DNA of 64,000 nt. It comes from Nitrospinaceae bacterium. Its GTDB lineage: Bacteria > Nitrospinota > Nitrospinia > Nitrospinales > JACRGP01. How positions within the stretch are numbered: position 1 is the first letter of the stretch; every line of letters starts with the position of its first letter. The translations under genes were made by a program, and so were the position numbers. The notes below the pieces were generated by a model. That model did not search any database. It had not been told where the DNA came from and was given only the letters and a program-made list of their open reading frames with translations. Location: assembly GCA_029261555.1 (NCBI GenBank), contig JAJDBB010000096.1:35623-99622 (forward strand), written 5' to 3'. Positions 1 through 8,403 of the stretch are shown here, in pieces.

Positions 1-1
1 G

Positions 2-331
2 GTGAAAGGCAACGTGGTCGACGGGTCCATCCAGCGCGACCCGCAAAACTCTCTGGACGTGGCTTTTCGGATCAAAGAGAACGACGATATTCTAAAGGTC
101 GTGTATAACGGGATCACCCCTGATATGTTCAACGACGGCGGGGAAGTTGTGGTCGAAGGGACATTGGCCGAGGACGGGGTCTTTCACGCCAACACGCTGT
201 TGACCAGTTGTCCGTCGAAATACGAAGCGGAAAAGGAAAAAGGCAAAACCCACCCAGGAAGCCTGCCTGATTTCAGCGGGGCGCAGAAACCGAAAGTCTC
301 TCCGGAGACTCTGCCCAAGGCGAAAATTTAA
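2..331 (+). CDS. ccmE: Cytochrome c maturation haem chaperone CcmE, C-terminal ~109 aa (5' end outside window); CxxxY variant
   Basis: The translation aligns by eye with the CcmE OB-fold and tail (GEVVVEGTL...GVFHANTLLTSCPSKYEAE). It lies directly upstream of ccmF. The position of the HxxxY haem-binding motif reads CPSKY. Confidence 0.85.
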   Translation: MKGNVVDGSIQRDPQNSLDVAFRIKENDDILKVVYNGITPDMFNDGGEVVVEGTLAEDGVFHANTLLTSCPSKYEAEKEKGKTHPGSLPDFSGAQKPKVSPETLPKAKI

Positions 332-417
332 TCTTTCACAATTTATCCCAAGATCGTTCGATCCAGCCGGGGAGGGGATTTTTTCGCCCCGGGGAATGAT
401 TTTTAATTGAGACGTGT

Positions 418-2454
418 ATGAACGCATTAGGCGAATTTGCATTGCAGTTGGGTCTGGCCACTTCCATATATGGAATCGTTTGCTACCTCATGGCGGCGCG
501 CGGCAACCGGATCGATCTTTATTTGAGCGCGGACAAGACGCCGCTTGTGGTCTGGGCCTGCGTTATGATGGCGTCCATCGCTCTTTGGAAAGCGTTTTTG
601 ACGGACGATTTCAGCGTGGAATACGTTTGGGCTTATTCCAACTCCCAACAAAACGTATTCTATAAACTGGCTTCTTTCTGGGGCGGGCAAAAAGGGTCTC
701 TGTTGTTTTGGACCTTGATCCTCACCACTTATATGGTGATCGTTCATTCCCAGTACCGGAAAAAACATCTGCGCCTGGTGCCGCACGCCATGGCGGTCAT
801 GCTTGTAATGACAGTGTTTTTCCTCGGCCTCCTGAACTTTTCCACCAACCCCTTCGAGTTGATTCCCTTGCCTCCCGAGGATGGACGGGGGTTGAATCCC
901 TTACTGCAAAATTACTGGATGGTGATTCACCCGCCCACCTTGTACCTGGGCTATGTGGGATTTACCGTGCCCTTTGCTTTCGCCATTGCGGCGTTGATCA
1001 CGAAGAACCTGGACGACGGTTGGATTCGTTTGACGCGCAAGTGGGCCTTGATCTCTTGGTTTTTCCTGTGCATGGGAAATTTGTTTGGCGCACAGTGGGC
1101 GTATGTAGAGTTGGGCTGGGGTGGGTATTGGGCTTGGGATCCGGTGGAGAACGCCGCGTTCATGCCGCTGATTGTGGCCACCGCTTATCTGCATTCCATC
1201 CAGATCCAGGAAAAGAAGGACATGATGAAAGTCTGGAACATGTCTCTGATCCTGCTGACCTTTGTGATGACCATTTTCGGGACGTTCATCACGCGGAGCG
1301 GTTTGATTCAGTCGGTGCACACGTTTGACGAGGCCACGCTGGGATTTATTTTTCTCGGCTTTCTAGGAGTCATCATCGCATTCAGCGTGTTCCTGATTGT
1401 AAAAAGACTACCGCTTTTGAAAAGTGAAAACGAGTTGGATTCCTTTTTGTCCCGCGAAAGCAGTTTTTTGTTCAACAACCTGGTGTTGTTGGGGATCGGA
1501 TTCGCCACCTTTTGGGGAACGATTTTTCCTATCATTTCCGAAGCCTTCCGGGGCGTAAAAATTACGGTAGGGCCTCCGTTTTACAATCAGGTCAACGTGC
1601 CGATCGGCATGGTATTGCTGGCTTTGGTAGGCATAGGGCCCGTCATCGCCTGGCGCAAGGCCACCTGGTCCAATCTTAAAAACAGTTTTTTTAAACCCAT
1701 CGTTACTGCGGGCCTGGCGGGAGTGGGTCTGTCGTTTTTCCTCCCGTTCACGAACAAGGCGGAAATTCTGGCGTACATCACTTTCATTATTTGCGTTTTT
1801 GTTTTGACGACGATCGTTCTGGAATTTTCCAAGGGCGCGCGGGCGCGAGCGCAAATCTCCGGCGGAACTTTTATTGAAGGCTTTGGCAGTTTGGTCTGGC
1901 ACAACAAGAGGCGCTATGGCGGTTACGTCGTTCATGTCGGAATCGTGTGCATTTTCGCAGGCATCGCCGCGTCTTCCGCCTACAGCGTGGACGCTCAAAA
2001 AGTTTTAAAAATCGGGGAGAGCCTCGAACTCGGCGGTTACACCTTCACGTACGAAAAATTGAGAGTGCGGGAAGCGTCCGACGTGAAGACCCGGATCATC
2101 GCGTCTATGGGAGTATTTAAAGACGGGAAAAGAGTCTGGACCGCCAAGCCGGAAAAGGAATTTTACAAGGAGCAGAACCAGCCGGTTTCCGAAGTGAGTT
2201 TGCGCTCCACGTTCATAGAAGATTTGTACGTGATTCTGGCCGACTTCCGCGAAGACGAAACGGCGACTTTCAAGGTGTACGTCAACCCGATGGTTTGGTG
2301 GATGTGGTTCGGCCAGATGGTGATCGCGTTGGGAACCATTGTTTGTATGTGGCCGGACAAACAGGAAGAGCGTCGGCGCCTGCAACGCGTCCGCCGTCAG
2401 GAAGCGGTGTTTGCCGCCGGACCCGCGGCCCCGGCCCCGGCTCAGCAGGAGTGA
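418..2454 (+). CDS. ccmF: Cytochrome c haem lyase subunit CcmF
   Basis: 678-aa polytopic membrane protein with the WWD-type motif WGGYWAWDPVENAAFMPL. Size and operon position are typical of CcmF. Confidence 0.95.
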   Translation: MNALGEFALQLGLATSIYGIVCYLMAARGNRIDLYLSADKTPLVVWACVMMASIALWKAFLTDDFSVEYVWAYSNSQQNVFYKLASFWGGQKGSLLFWTLILTTYMVIVHSQYRKKHLRLVPHAMAVMLVMTVFFLGLLNFSTNPFELIPLPPEDGRGLNPLLQNYWMVIHPPTLYLGYVGFTVPFAFAIAALITKNLDDGWIRLTRKWALISWFFLCMGNLFGAQWAYVELGWGGYWAWDPVENAAFMPLIVATAYLHSIQIQEKKDMMKVWNMSLILLTFVMTIFGTFITRSGLIQSVHTFDEATLGFIFLGFLGVIIAFSVFLIVKRLPLLKSENELDSFLSRESSFLFNNLVLLGIGFATFWGTIFPIISEAFRGVKITVGPPFYNQVNVPIGMVLLALVGIGPVIAWRKATWSNLKNSFFKPIVTAGLAGVGLSFFLPFTNKAEILAYITFIICVFVLTTIVLEFSKGARARAQISGGTFIEGFGSLVWHNKRRYGGYVVHVGIVCIFAGIAASSAYSVDAQKVLKIGESLELGGYTFTYEKLRVREASDVKTRIIASMGVFKDGKRVWTAKPEKEFYKEQNQPVSEVSLRSTFIEDLYVILADFREDETATFKVYVNPMVWWMWFGQMVIALGTIVCMWPDKQEERRRLQRVRRQEAVFAAGPAAPAPAQQE

Positions 2455-2459
2455 ACGCC

Positions 2460-2948
2460 ATGAAAATAAAAAAGATCTTAGTTTATTGCGGCGTCTTGAG
2501 TTTGTTTTTGGTTTTCTCCAGCGCCGCGTTTGGCGGCGCGTTGGTGGCGGATTTGGAAAACGCCTTGATGTGCAAATGCGACGATAAGTGCGGCAAGGTG
2601 ATTATCAACTGCACCTGCGACACGGCCAACCAGACACGCCTGGATTTTCAACAACACCTCGACTCCGGGATGACGGTGGATCAGATTATCAAAATGCATG
2701 TGGACAAATATGGGGAAACTGTTTTGTCCGCTCCCAGCAAAAACGGGTTCAATCTGACCGCCTGGATCACTCCCTTTGCCGCTATTCTGGGGGGAGGCTT
2801 TGGGATCAGAAAACTCATGAAACGCTGGGTGAAAAGGAAAAAAACTTCCGCGGGCGAAGCGCCCGATTCTATCGAAGAACCCTCTCCAACGGCGCCTTCG
2901 AAATACGCCCGGCGCCTTCAGGATGAATTGGACAACCTGGAATCCTGA
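2460..2948 (+). CDS. ccmH: CcmH/CycL/NrfF-like cytochrome c biogenesis protein with atypical Cys-rich motif
   Basis: ATG at 2460 lies 6 nt after the ccmF stop; the ORF-track start at 2295 would overlap ccmF. It has a signal peptide (MKIKKILVYCGVLSLFLVFSSAAFG) and the segment LMCKCDDKCGKVIINCTC. This is followed by VDQIIKMHVDKYGETVL and a TM helix, as in the CcmH family. Confidence 0.7.
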   Translation: MKIKKILVYCGVLSLFLVFSSAAFGGALVADLENALMCKCDDKCGKVIINCTCDTANQTRLDFQQHLDSGMTVDQIIKMHVDKYGETVLSAPSKNGFNLTAWITPFAAILGGGFGIRKLMKRWVKRKKTSAGEAPDSIEEPSPTAPSKYARRLQDELDNLES

Positions 2949-3290
2949 ATGAGCGCGGTTCACATTATAGATCTTCTTCTCGTCGTCGCTATCTTGATCG
3001 TGGTGGGCGTTCCCCTGTTTTCTTCTAACTCCAAATCAAAACTGTACGCCTCTCAGGATGAAATGTTGGAGGAATTCAAGCACCTGCAAGTCCGCAAGGA
3101 TGAGGTTCTGCTTTCCATCAAGGAATTGGAATTCGATTTTAAAACCGATAAACTTTCTCCTGCGGATTATGAAGATACCCACAAGGGGCTTGAGGCGGAG
3201 GCGATGGTTATACTGGAACGAATGGATGAACTGGAATCCCTGAAAAAACAGTCGGGCAAAAGTCGCTCCAAAAAAGCGAACGCCGCGTGA
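2949..3290 (+). CDS. Small membrane-anchored coiled-coil protein, possibly the N-terminal module of CcmI (no TPR part)
   Basis: The start abuts the ccmH stop. One N-terminal TM helix is followed by LLSIKELEFDFKTDKLSPADYEDTHKGLEAEA, which resembles the CcmI N-terminal pattern. The call is based on context only. Confidence 0.4.
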   Translation: MSAVHIIDLLLVVAILIVVGVPLFSSNSKSKLYASQDEMLEEFKHLQVRKDEVLLSIKELEFDFKTDKLSPADYEDTHKGLEAEAMVILERMDELESLKKQSGKSRSKKANAA

Positions 3291-3330
3291 GCCGCCCGTC
3301 TCCCCTCTACCCTCCGGTATCGTAAATTAA

Positions 3331-4071
3331 ATGGACGAAACCTCCCAGCCCCCGTCGCCGGACGTCGCCGTTAAGGCGGTTGGCCTGCGGAAATCCTTTG
3401 GTTGGCTTGAAGCGTTGCGCGGGGTCAGTTTTGAATTGAAGAAGGGGGAATTTCTCGCCGTCTTCGGTCCCAATGGCGCGGGGAAAACCACCCTGTTAAA
3501 AATCCTTTCAACGTTGACCCGTCCGACGGCGGGAAGCGCTTGGGTTGCGGGCTACGACGCGACGAAGGGCGACGCCGAATTGCGCAAGGAGATCGGGGTG
3601 ATATCGCATGCCAGCAGTATTTACGGCGATTTGACCGCGTTTGAAAACATGGTCTTTTATGCTAGGATGTACGGCGTTCGCGACCCGGAAACACGCGCCG
3701 TAGAGGTGGTCGACGAGGTGGGACTGAAAGCTCGATTGCACGACCGGGCGGCTACTTTTTCCCGAGGCATGTTGCAACGGCTGACCATCGCCCGCGCCGT
3801 GATTCACAATCCCTCCGTTTTGTTTTTAGACGAACCCTACACCGGACTGGATCAGCACGCGGCGAAATCGTTGACCGAACAACTGGCCTTCCTGCATACG
3901 GAAAAGCGTGCGCTGATTCTGACGACCCACGATATCGATCGAGGATTAGATACCTGCGACAAGGCCGCCATTCAAGTGGCGGGGAAATTTGTCCGCATGG
4001 ATTCCATCGACGAGATCGACCGAAAAAATTTTGAAAATTTGTATCTAAAAACCGTCCGGGAAAACAGTTGA
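3331..4071 (+). CDS. ccmA: Haem exporter ABC ATP-binding subunit CcmA
   Basis: Walker A GPNGAGKTT, ABC signature FSRGMLQRL and Walker B VLFLDEP. It lies immediately upstream of ccmB. Confidence 0.85.
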   Translation: MDETSQPPSPDVAVKAVGLRKSFGWLEALRGVSFELKKGEFLAVFGPNGAGKTTLLKILSTLTRPTAGSAWVAGYDATKGDAELRKEIGVISHASSIYGDLTAFENMVFYARMYGVRDPETRAVEVVDEVGLKARLHDRAATFSRGMLQRLTIARAVIHNPSVLFLDEPYTGLDQHAAKSLTEQLAFLHTEKRALILTTHDIDRGLDTCDKAAIQVAGKFVRMDSIDEIDRKNFENLYLKTVRENS

Positions 4072-4115
4072 GCCGGTCTTTCTAAAAAACATTCGGCGAC
4101 CCGCCTAGCCTGCAC

Positions 4116-4796
4116 ATGGATCAATATTTTAAAACCGTTTACGCCATCGTTTGGAAAGATTTTGTTACGGAATTAAAAACCCGCGAACTGTTCAGTTCGA
4201 TGTTTATTTTCGCGACGCTGGTGATCCTGATTTTTATTTTTTCCATCAACCTGAGCGTGGTCGACGCCCGGGAGGTGGGACCGGGAATTCTTTGGGCGGC
4301 GTTTATTTTTTCCGGCACGCTGGGCCTCAACCGCTCGTTCATGCTGGAAAAGGAAAACGATTGCTTGCAGGGCCTGATGCTGACTCCGGCGGACCGGACC
4401 GCGATTTTTTTCGGAAAAATGCTGAGCAATTTTGTCTTTCTAACGATCATGGAAATTTTTATTCTGCCGCTGTTCATGGTTTTTTTTAATATCGATTTGT
4501 TGCCCCATCTTGGACCCTTATTGCTGGTGGTGTTTTTGGGCACCGTCGGGTTTTGCGTTTTGGGGACCTTGTTGTCCTCTTTGTCCGCGCATTTAAAAAA
4601 CCGCGAAGTCATGTTGCCCCTGTTGTTGTATCCTTTACTGGTTCCCGTGGTGATCGGTTCGGTTCGCATGACCGGGCAAATTCTCGCCGGGAAGGAACTG
4701 GGGGATATGAGCCAATGGATTGGTTTGATCCTGTGTTTTGATATTATATTTACGGGGGCGGCCATCATGACCATTGATCACATACTGGAGGAATGA
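4116..4796 (+). CDS. ccmB: Haem exporter membrane subunit CcmB
   Basis: 226-aa polytopic membrane protein located between ccmA and ccmD/ccmC. The N-terminus (WKDFVTELKTRELFSSM) is CcmB-like. Confidence 0.85.
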   Translation: MDQYFKTVYAIVWKDFVTELKTRELFSSMFIFATLVILIFIFSINLSVVDAREVGPGILWAAFIFSGTLGLNRSFMLEKENDCLQGLMLTPADRTAIFFGKMLSNFVFLTIMEIFILPLFMVFFNIDLLPHLGPLLLVVFLGTVGFCVLGTLLSSLSAHLKNREVMLPLLLYPLLVPVVIGSVRMTGQILAGKELGDMSQWIGLILCFDIIFTGAAIMTIDHILEE

Positions 4797-4801
4797 TTAG
4801 G

Positions 4802-4951
4802 ATGGATAACCTCGGCTATCTGTTTGCGGCCAACGCCTTTGTCTGGAGCGGCGTAATTTATTACCTGTTTCGCCTGATCCAGCAAAACGCCGCGCTGAAA
4901 AAAGATCTGGATATGTTGAAAGCGGCCCTGGAGGACGACCCGAAATCATGA
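4802..4951 (+). CDS. ccmD: CcmD-like small membrane protein (49 aa), not in ORF track
   Basis: Hand translation gives MDNLGYLFAANAFVWSGVIYYLFRLIQQNAALKKDLDMLKAALEDDPKS. It has one TM helix and a charged tail. Its stop (TGA 4949-4951) overlaps the ccmC ATG (4948) in an ATGA junction, and it occupies the expected ccmD slot. Confidence 0.6.
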   Translation: MDNLGYLFAANAFVWSGVIYYLFRLIQQNAALKKDLDMLKAALEDDPKS

Positions 4952-5670
4952 GCGAAGAACGCCTCCCGGAATCTGAAAACGACGGCGACGAAACTCCCGT
5001 CCTGATCTGGTTGACCGCCGCCGCCCTGTTAGCCGCAATGGGCGCCATTTTTCTGTACGCGCCCACCGAGGCCACTGAAGGCATGGTGCAACGCATCATG
5101 TACTTTCACATCCCCTCGGCCTGGGTGGCCTTCTTTGCGTTTTTCATCGTCTTCGTGTGCAGCGTTTTATTTTTGTGGAAACGCGACCGGGAATGGGATA
5201 TCTACGCCAACGCCTCGGCGGAAGTCGGCTTGATGTTCTGTACGCTGGTCCTCATCACCGGGCCCATCTGGGCGAAGCCGGTCTGGGGAACCTGGTGGGT
5301 GTGGGACGCGCGCTTGACCTCCACGCTCGTGTTATGGTTGATCTACGCGGCGTATTTAATGTTGCGCGCCCGGAGCGAACCCGGCTCCATGCGCGCCCGT
5401 TACGCTGCCGTGGTGGGTATCGTCGGGTTTCTCGACATTCCCATCATCCATTTTTCCGTATTGTGGTGGCGCACCTTTCATCCACAACCCAAGATGATCA
5501 CGTCCGAAGGAATCGGAACGGGAATGGAGACTCCCATGGTCGTCGCGTTGATGATTTCGCTGGGGGCGTTCACGCTTTTGTATTTCCTGCTGATGGGACA
5601 ACGGGTTCGTTTGGAAAAACTTAAAGATGAAATCGATCGCCTCAAAAGAAACAGACTCTACTCTCACTAA
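4948..5670 (+). CDS. ccmC: Haem exporter/haem handling protein CcmC
   Basis: WWD motif WGTWWVWDARLTS in a 240-aa membrane protein. Confidence 0.9.
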   Translation: MSEERLPESENDGDETPVLIWLTAAALLAAMGAIFLYAPTEATEGMVQRIMYFHIPSAWVAFFAFFIVFVCSVLFLWKRDREWDIYANASAEVGLMFCTLVLITGPIWAKPVWGTWWVWDARLTSTLVLWLIYAAYLMLRARSEPGSMRARYAAVVGIVGFLDIPIIHFSVLWWRTFHPQPKMITSEGIGTGMETPMVVALMISLGAFTLLYFLLMGQRVRLEKLKDEIDRLKRNRLYSH

Positions 5671-6250
5671 ACGTTACGTCGCTATTTTCGCGTTCCTGTT
5701 CGTTGCTGCGACGATGATGTTCTTCGATCACCTGAACGAAGATCCTATTACGGTTGGCGAGGCGCGGGAGCACGCCAACCCAGATTCGAAGAGCGCGTCC
5801 TCGCATTATTCGGCGCCGGATTTTTCCGCGCGCGATCTGGAGGGCAATCTGGCCGGGCTTTCTAAATACAAGGGAGACGTGATTCTGCTCAACCTTTGGG
5901 CGACCTGGTGCGCGCCATGCCGGATTGAAATGCCCTATTTTGAAACCTTATACCGTCGCTTCCGGTCGGAGGGATTGACTATACTGGCCGTCAGCATCGA
6001 CAAACAAATGGACGGACGGGTTGCTGACTTCGTCGAAAAATATAAGTTGAGTTTTCCGGTTTTAATCGACGACGGAGGGGAGGTCGAACGCCTGTATCCC
6101 ACCATCTCCATTCCCGCGACGTTTGTGATCGACAAGTCAGGAATGGTGGTTGGGCGCATCGACGGTATGAAGAACTGGAAATCGGAGGAAACGTTTGAAG
6201 CCGTGGAGTATTTGTTGAAACACCCAGGAGTGGCGGCTTCTAAAACTTAA
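5627..6250 (+). CDS. ccmG: Membrane-anchored thiol:disulfide oxidoreductase (CcmG/DsbE/TlpA family)
   Basis: N-terminal TM anchor and a thioredoxin fold with WATWCAPC (CxxC). It is the last gene of the ccm locus and overlaps the end of ccmC by 44 nt. Confidence 0.75.
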   Translation: MKSIASKETDSTLTKRYVAIFAFLFVAATMMFFDHLNEDPITVGEAREHANPDSKSASSHYSAPDFSARDLEGNLAGLSKYKGDVILLNLWATWCAPCRIEMPYFETLYRRFRSEGLTILAVSIDKQMDGRVADFVEKYKLSFPVLIDDGGEVERLYPTISIPATFVIDKSGMVVGRIDGMKNWKSEETFEAVEYLLKHPGVAASKT

Positions 6251-6289
6251 AGCCGCGAATAACGAAAAATTTAATTTTTGAGAATTTCT

Positions 6290-6712
6290 ATGCTACGCGA
6301 AAAAAAGGCGCTCGCCGCCAACGAAAAATTTTATCAGGCGTTCAACAAACAAAACATCGAACAGATGCTCAAGGTCTGGCATAACGACCCGTCCTCTGTT
6401 TGCGTGCATCCTGGATGGGACGCCTTGAACGGGTTTGCGACCATCATGAAAAGCTGGCGGGATATTTTTGAAAACAGCGACAGCATGGATATTAAATTAT
6501 CGGACGTCGCCGTCACCTCCTCAAAGGATCTGGCCTGGGTGCGTTGCCATGAAAACCTGTTCACCATCAACATGTCCGGCGTGCAATCCACCCGGGTTTA
6601 CGCCACAAACATTTTCCTGCTGGTGGACGAGGAGTGGAAGATGGTCCTTCATCACGCCTCTTCCTCGTCGTCGGGCGCGGCAGAGGCGGATGAAGAGTCC
6701 CAAGTCAATTAA
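6290..6712 (+). CDS. SnoaL/NTF2-like fold protein (DUF4440-like)
   Basis: ATG at 6290 is preferred over the TTG at 6278. ANEKFYQAFNKQNIEQMLKVWHNDPSSVCVHPGW...AWVRCHENL resembles NTF2-like/SnoaL-like proteins. Confidence 0.55.
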   Translation: MLREKKALAANEKFYQAFNKQNIEQMLKVWHNDPSSVCVHPGWDALNGFATIMKSWRDIFENSDSMDIKLSDVAVTSSKDLAWVRCHENLFTINMSGVQSTRVYATNIFLLVDEEWKMVLHHASSSSSGAAEADEESQVN

Positions 6713-6716
6713 CGCG

Positions 6717-7223
6717 TCAATTGACGGAAACCATTTTAATTTCAAAAATCAGGGTTTGGCCGGCGAGGAAATGATTGGCGTCCAAAACCGCCGAATCCTT
6801 TTTGACCTCCTTGACCGTTATCATTTGACCTTGAGGACTCGTTAATTTGCTCCCCGCCTTGACCCCCTGCGGTAAATTTTTCAAGGGAACTTCGAATATC
6901 ATTTTTTCGTTGCGCTCGCCGTAAGCCTCCTTCGCCGGAATGGTCACGGTTTTATTGTCTCCCACCATCATCCCGATCACTCCGTCGCTCATCCCCGGAA
7001 TAATATTTTTGGAACCCACGGTGAACTTAAGCGGACCTCGGCCTTCTGATTTGTCGAAAATAGAATCGTCCTGAAGTTTCCCAACGTAATCAATTTCCAC
7101 AACGCTGCCTTCTTTCGCCGCTCCGTCGGCCAGAGCGGACGCGGGAATCGATAATATTGCGGCCAAAAAAACCGCGGACGCAAAAAAAACCGCGCGTCCT
7201 TTACAGGTAAAAAGTTTTTGCAT
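6717..7223 (-). CDS. Exported SlyD-type FKBP peptidyl-prolyl isomerase
   Basis: ATG at 7223 is preceded by GGAGAC. It has a signal peptide ending ASALA and an FKBP core (VEIDYVGKLQDDSIFDKS...FTVGSKNIIPGM...NHFLAGQTLIFEIKM). Confidence 0.8.
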   Translation of the reverse strand: MQKLFTCKGRAVFFASAVFLAAILSIPASALADGAAKEGSVVEIDYVGKLQDDSIFDKSEGRGPLKFTVGSKNIIPGMSDGVIGMMVGDNKTVTIPAKEAYGERNEKMIFEVPLKNLPQGVKAGSKLTSPQGQMITVKEVKKDSAVLDANHFLAGQTLIFEIKMVSVN

Positions 7224-7314
7224 GTCGGTCTCCTTTTTATGCATGCCGGTCTTCATAATGAAGTGAAATATACAAGCGCGAATGGGTTTCCATAAGGCGC
7301 CCGGAGTTAATTAA

Positions 7315-7791
7315 TTAATGGTGGTGGTGACCGTCGTGGGAATGCCCGTGGTCAAGTTCCTCTTTAGTTGCTTCCCGCGTTTCAAGAACCTCCACTGAAA
7401 AATTCAGCGCCTGACCCGCCAGGGGATGGTTGCCGTCTACCGTTATCTGATCGCCCTCCACCGCCAGAACGGTAAAAACCTTCTCCTGCCCTCCAATGTC
7501 GGCGCCGAACTGCATGCCGAGGTCGATTTTGGCGTCTTCCGGAAACTGGGATTTTGCAATGGTCATTTTGAGGCTGGGGTCCAACTCGCCATACCCTTCC
7601 GCCGGAGTCAGCGCCACCTCGGTTTTATCGCCGGCCTTTAGCCCTTCCAACGCCTTTTCTAATCCGGGAACAATCTGCCCGCGACCGTGAAGATAGGAAA
7701 GGGGCTGGTCGGCTTCGGCGCGGTCCAATTCCTCCCCGGCGTCGTTCTTCAAACAAAATTTAATGGACGCTACGGAGTCTTTTTTAATCAT
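7315..7791 (-). CDS. slyD: FKBP-type PPIase/metallochaperone SlyD with His-rich tail
   Basis: VASIKFCLKNDAGEELD...YLHGRGQIVPGLEKALEG...GNHPLAGQALNFSVEVL, with a C-terminal HGHSHDGHHHH tail. Confidence 0.85.
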   Translation of the reverse strand: MIKKDSVASIKFCLKNDAGEELDRAEADQPLSYLHGRGQIVPGLEKALEGLKAGDKTEVALTPAEGYGELDPSLKMTIAKSQFPEDAKIDLGMQFGADIGGQEKVFTVLAVEGDQITVDGNHPLAGQALNFSVEVLETREATKEELDHGHSHDGHHHH

Positions 7792-7865
7792 AACGAATCG
7801 TTTCCTTTTTAAGGTTTTCTATTCAGGTTCAGGACGCTTGTCCCGTTGAAAAAACTTTTTGCGAA

Positions 7866-8327
7866 TTACTCCAAATTTAAAATCTGGCTGGTCACGCTGT
7901 CCGGACCCAGGCTGATCCTGCCCACCGTGATTGGGAGATTGAACCGGCGGGGACCCGCGCTGCCAGGATTAAAGTACAGCGTTTCCCCATGACGTTGATT
8001 GAATGGCTTATGAGAATGTCCGAAGACGACGATTCTGCTTGCGTCGGGGCCCGAACCGTCCGGCGTTTCCGGAAGGTCGTCAAAAATATGCTCCAAGTGA
8101 AAGTCGCGGTTTTTAAGCGTCAGCGTCTCCCGCTCCTTGAACCGATCGATGAGGTCGATATCGTTGTTCCCTGCGACCGCCCGCACCGGCGCGATGACTT
8201 CCAACTCCACGATGACGTCCATGCCGCCGACGTCTCCCGCGTGCAGGATCAAGTCGACTCCCTCAAACGCTTCATAAACCTGAGGTCGGACAAGACCGTG
8301 CGTGTCCGATATGACGCCGATTTCCAT
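7866..8327 (-). CDS. Metallophosphoesterase, YfcE/MJ0936 family
   Basis: ATG at 8327 (MEIGVISDTHG). Motifs GDVGG, GNND and GHSH are present. Confidence 0.8.
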   Translation of the reverse strand: MEIGVISDTHGLVRPQVYEAFEGVDLILHAGDVGGMDVIVELEVIAPVRAVAGNNDIDLIDRFKERETLTLKNRDFHLEHIFDDLPETPDGSGPDASRIVVFGHSHKPFNQRHGETLYFNPGSAGPRRFNLPITVGRISLGPDSVTSQILNLE

Positions 8328-8403
8328 TAACAGGTATCCAATCCAATGGTTAATCAGTAAGCATACCAAAAAATTTTGCCAAATTTAAGGGCGTCTAACG
8401 TAT

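Noticed and set aside
2295-2459. Upstream extension of the ccmH ORF (ORF-track start at 2295)
   Set aside because: It would overlap the last 160 nt of ccmF and add an Arg/Gly/Pro-rich N-terminus. The ATG at 2460 gives a normal signal peptide right after the ccmF stop.
4797-5099. 100-aa minus-strand ORF across the ccmB-ccmC junction
   Set aside because: The region is explained by ccmD (4802-4951) and the start of ccmC on the plus strand. The product is Arg/Ser/Ala-rich, typical of an out-of-frame shadow.
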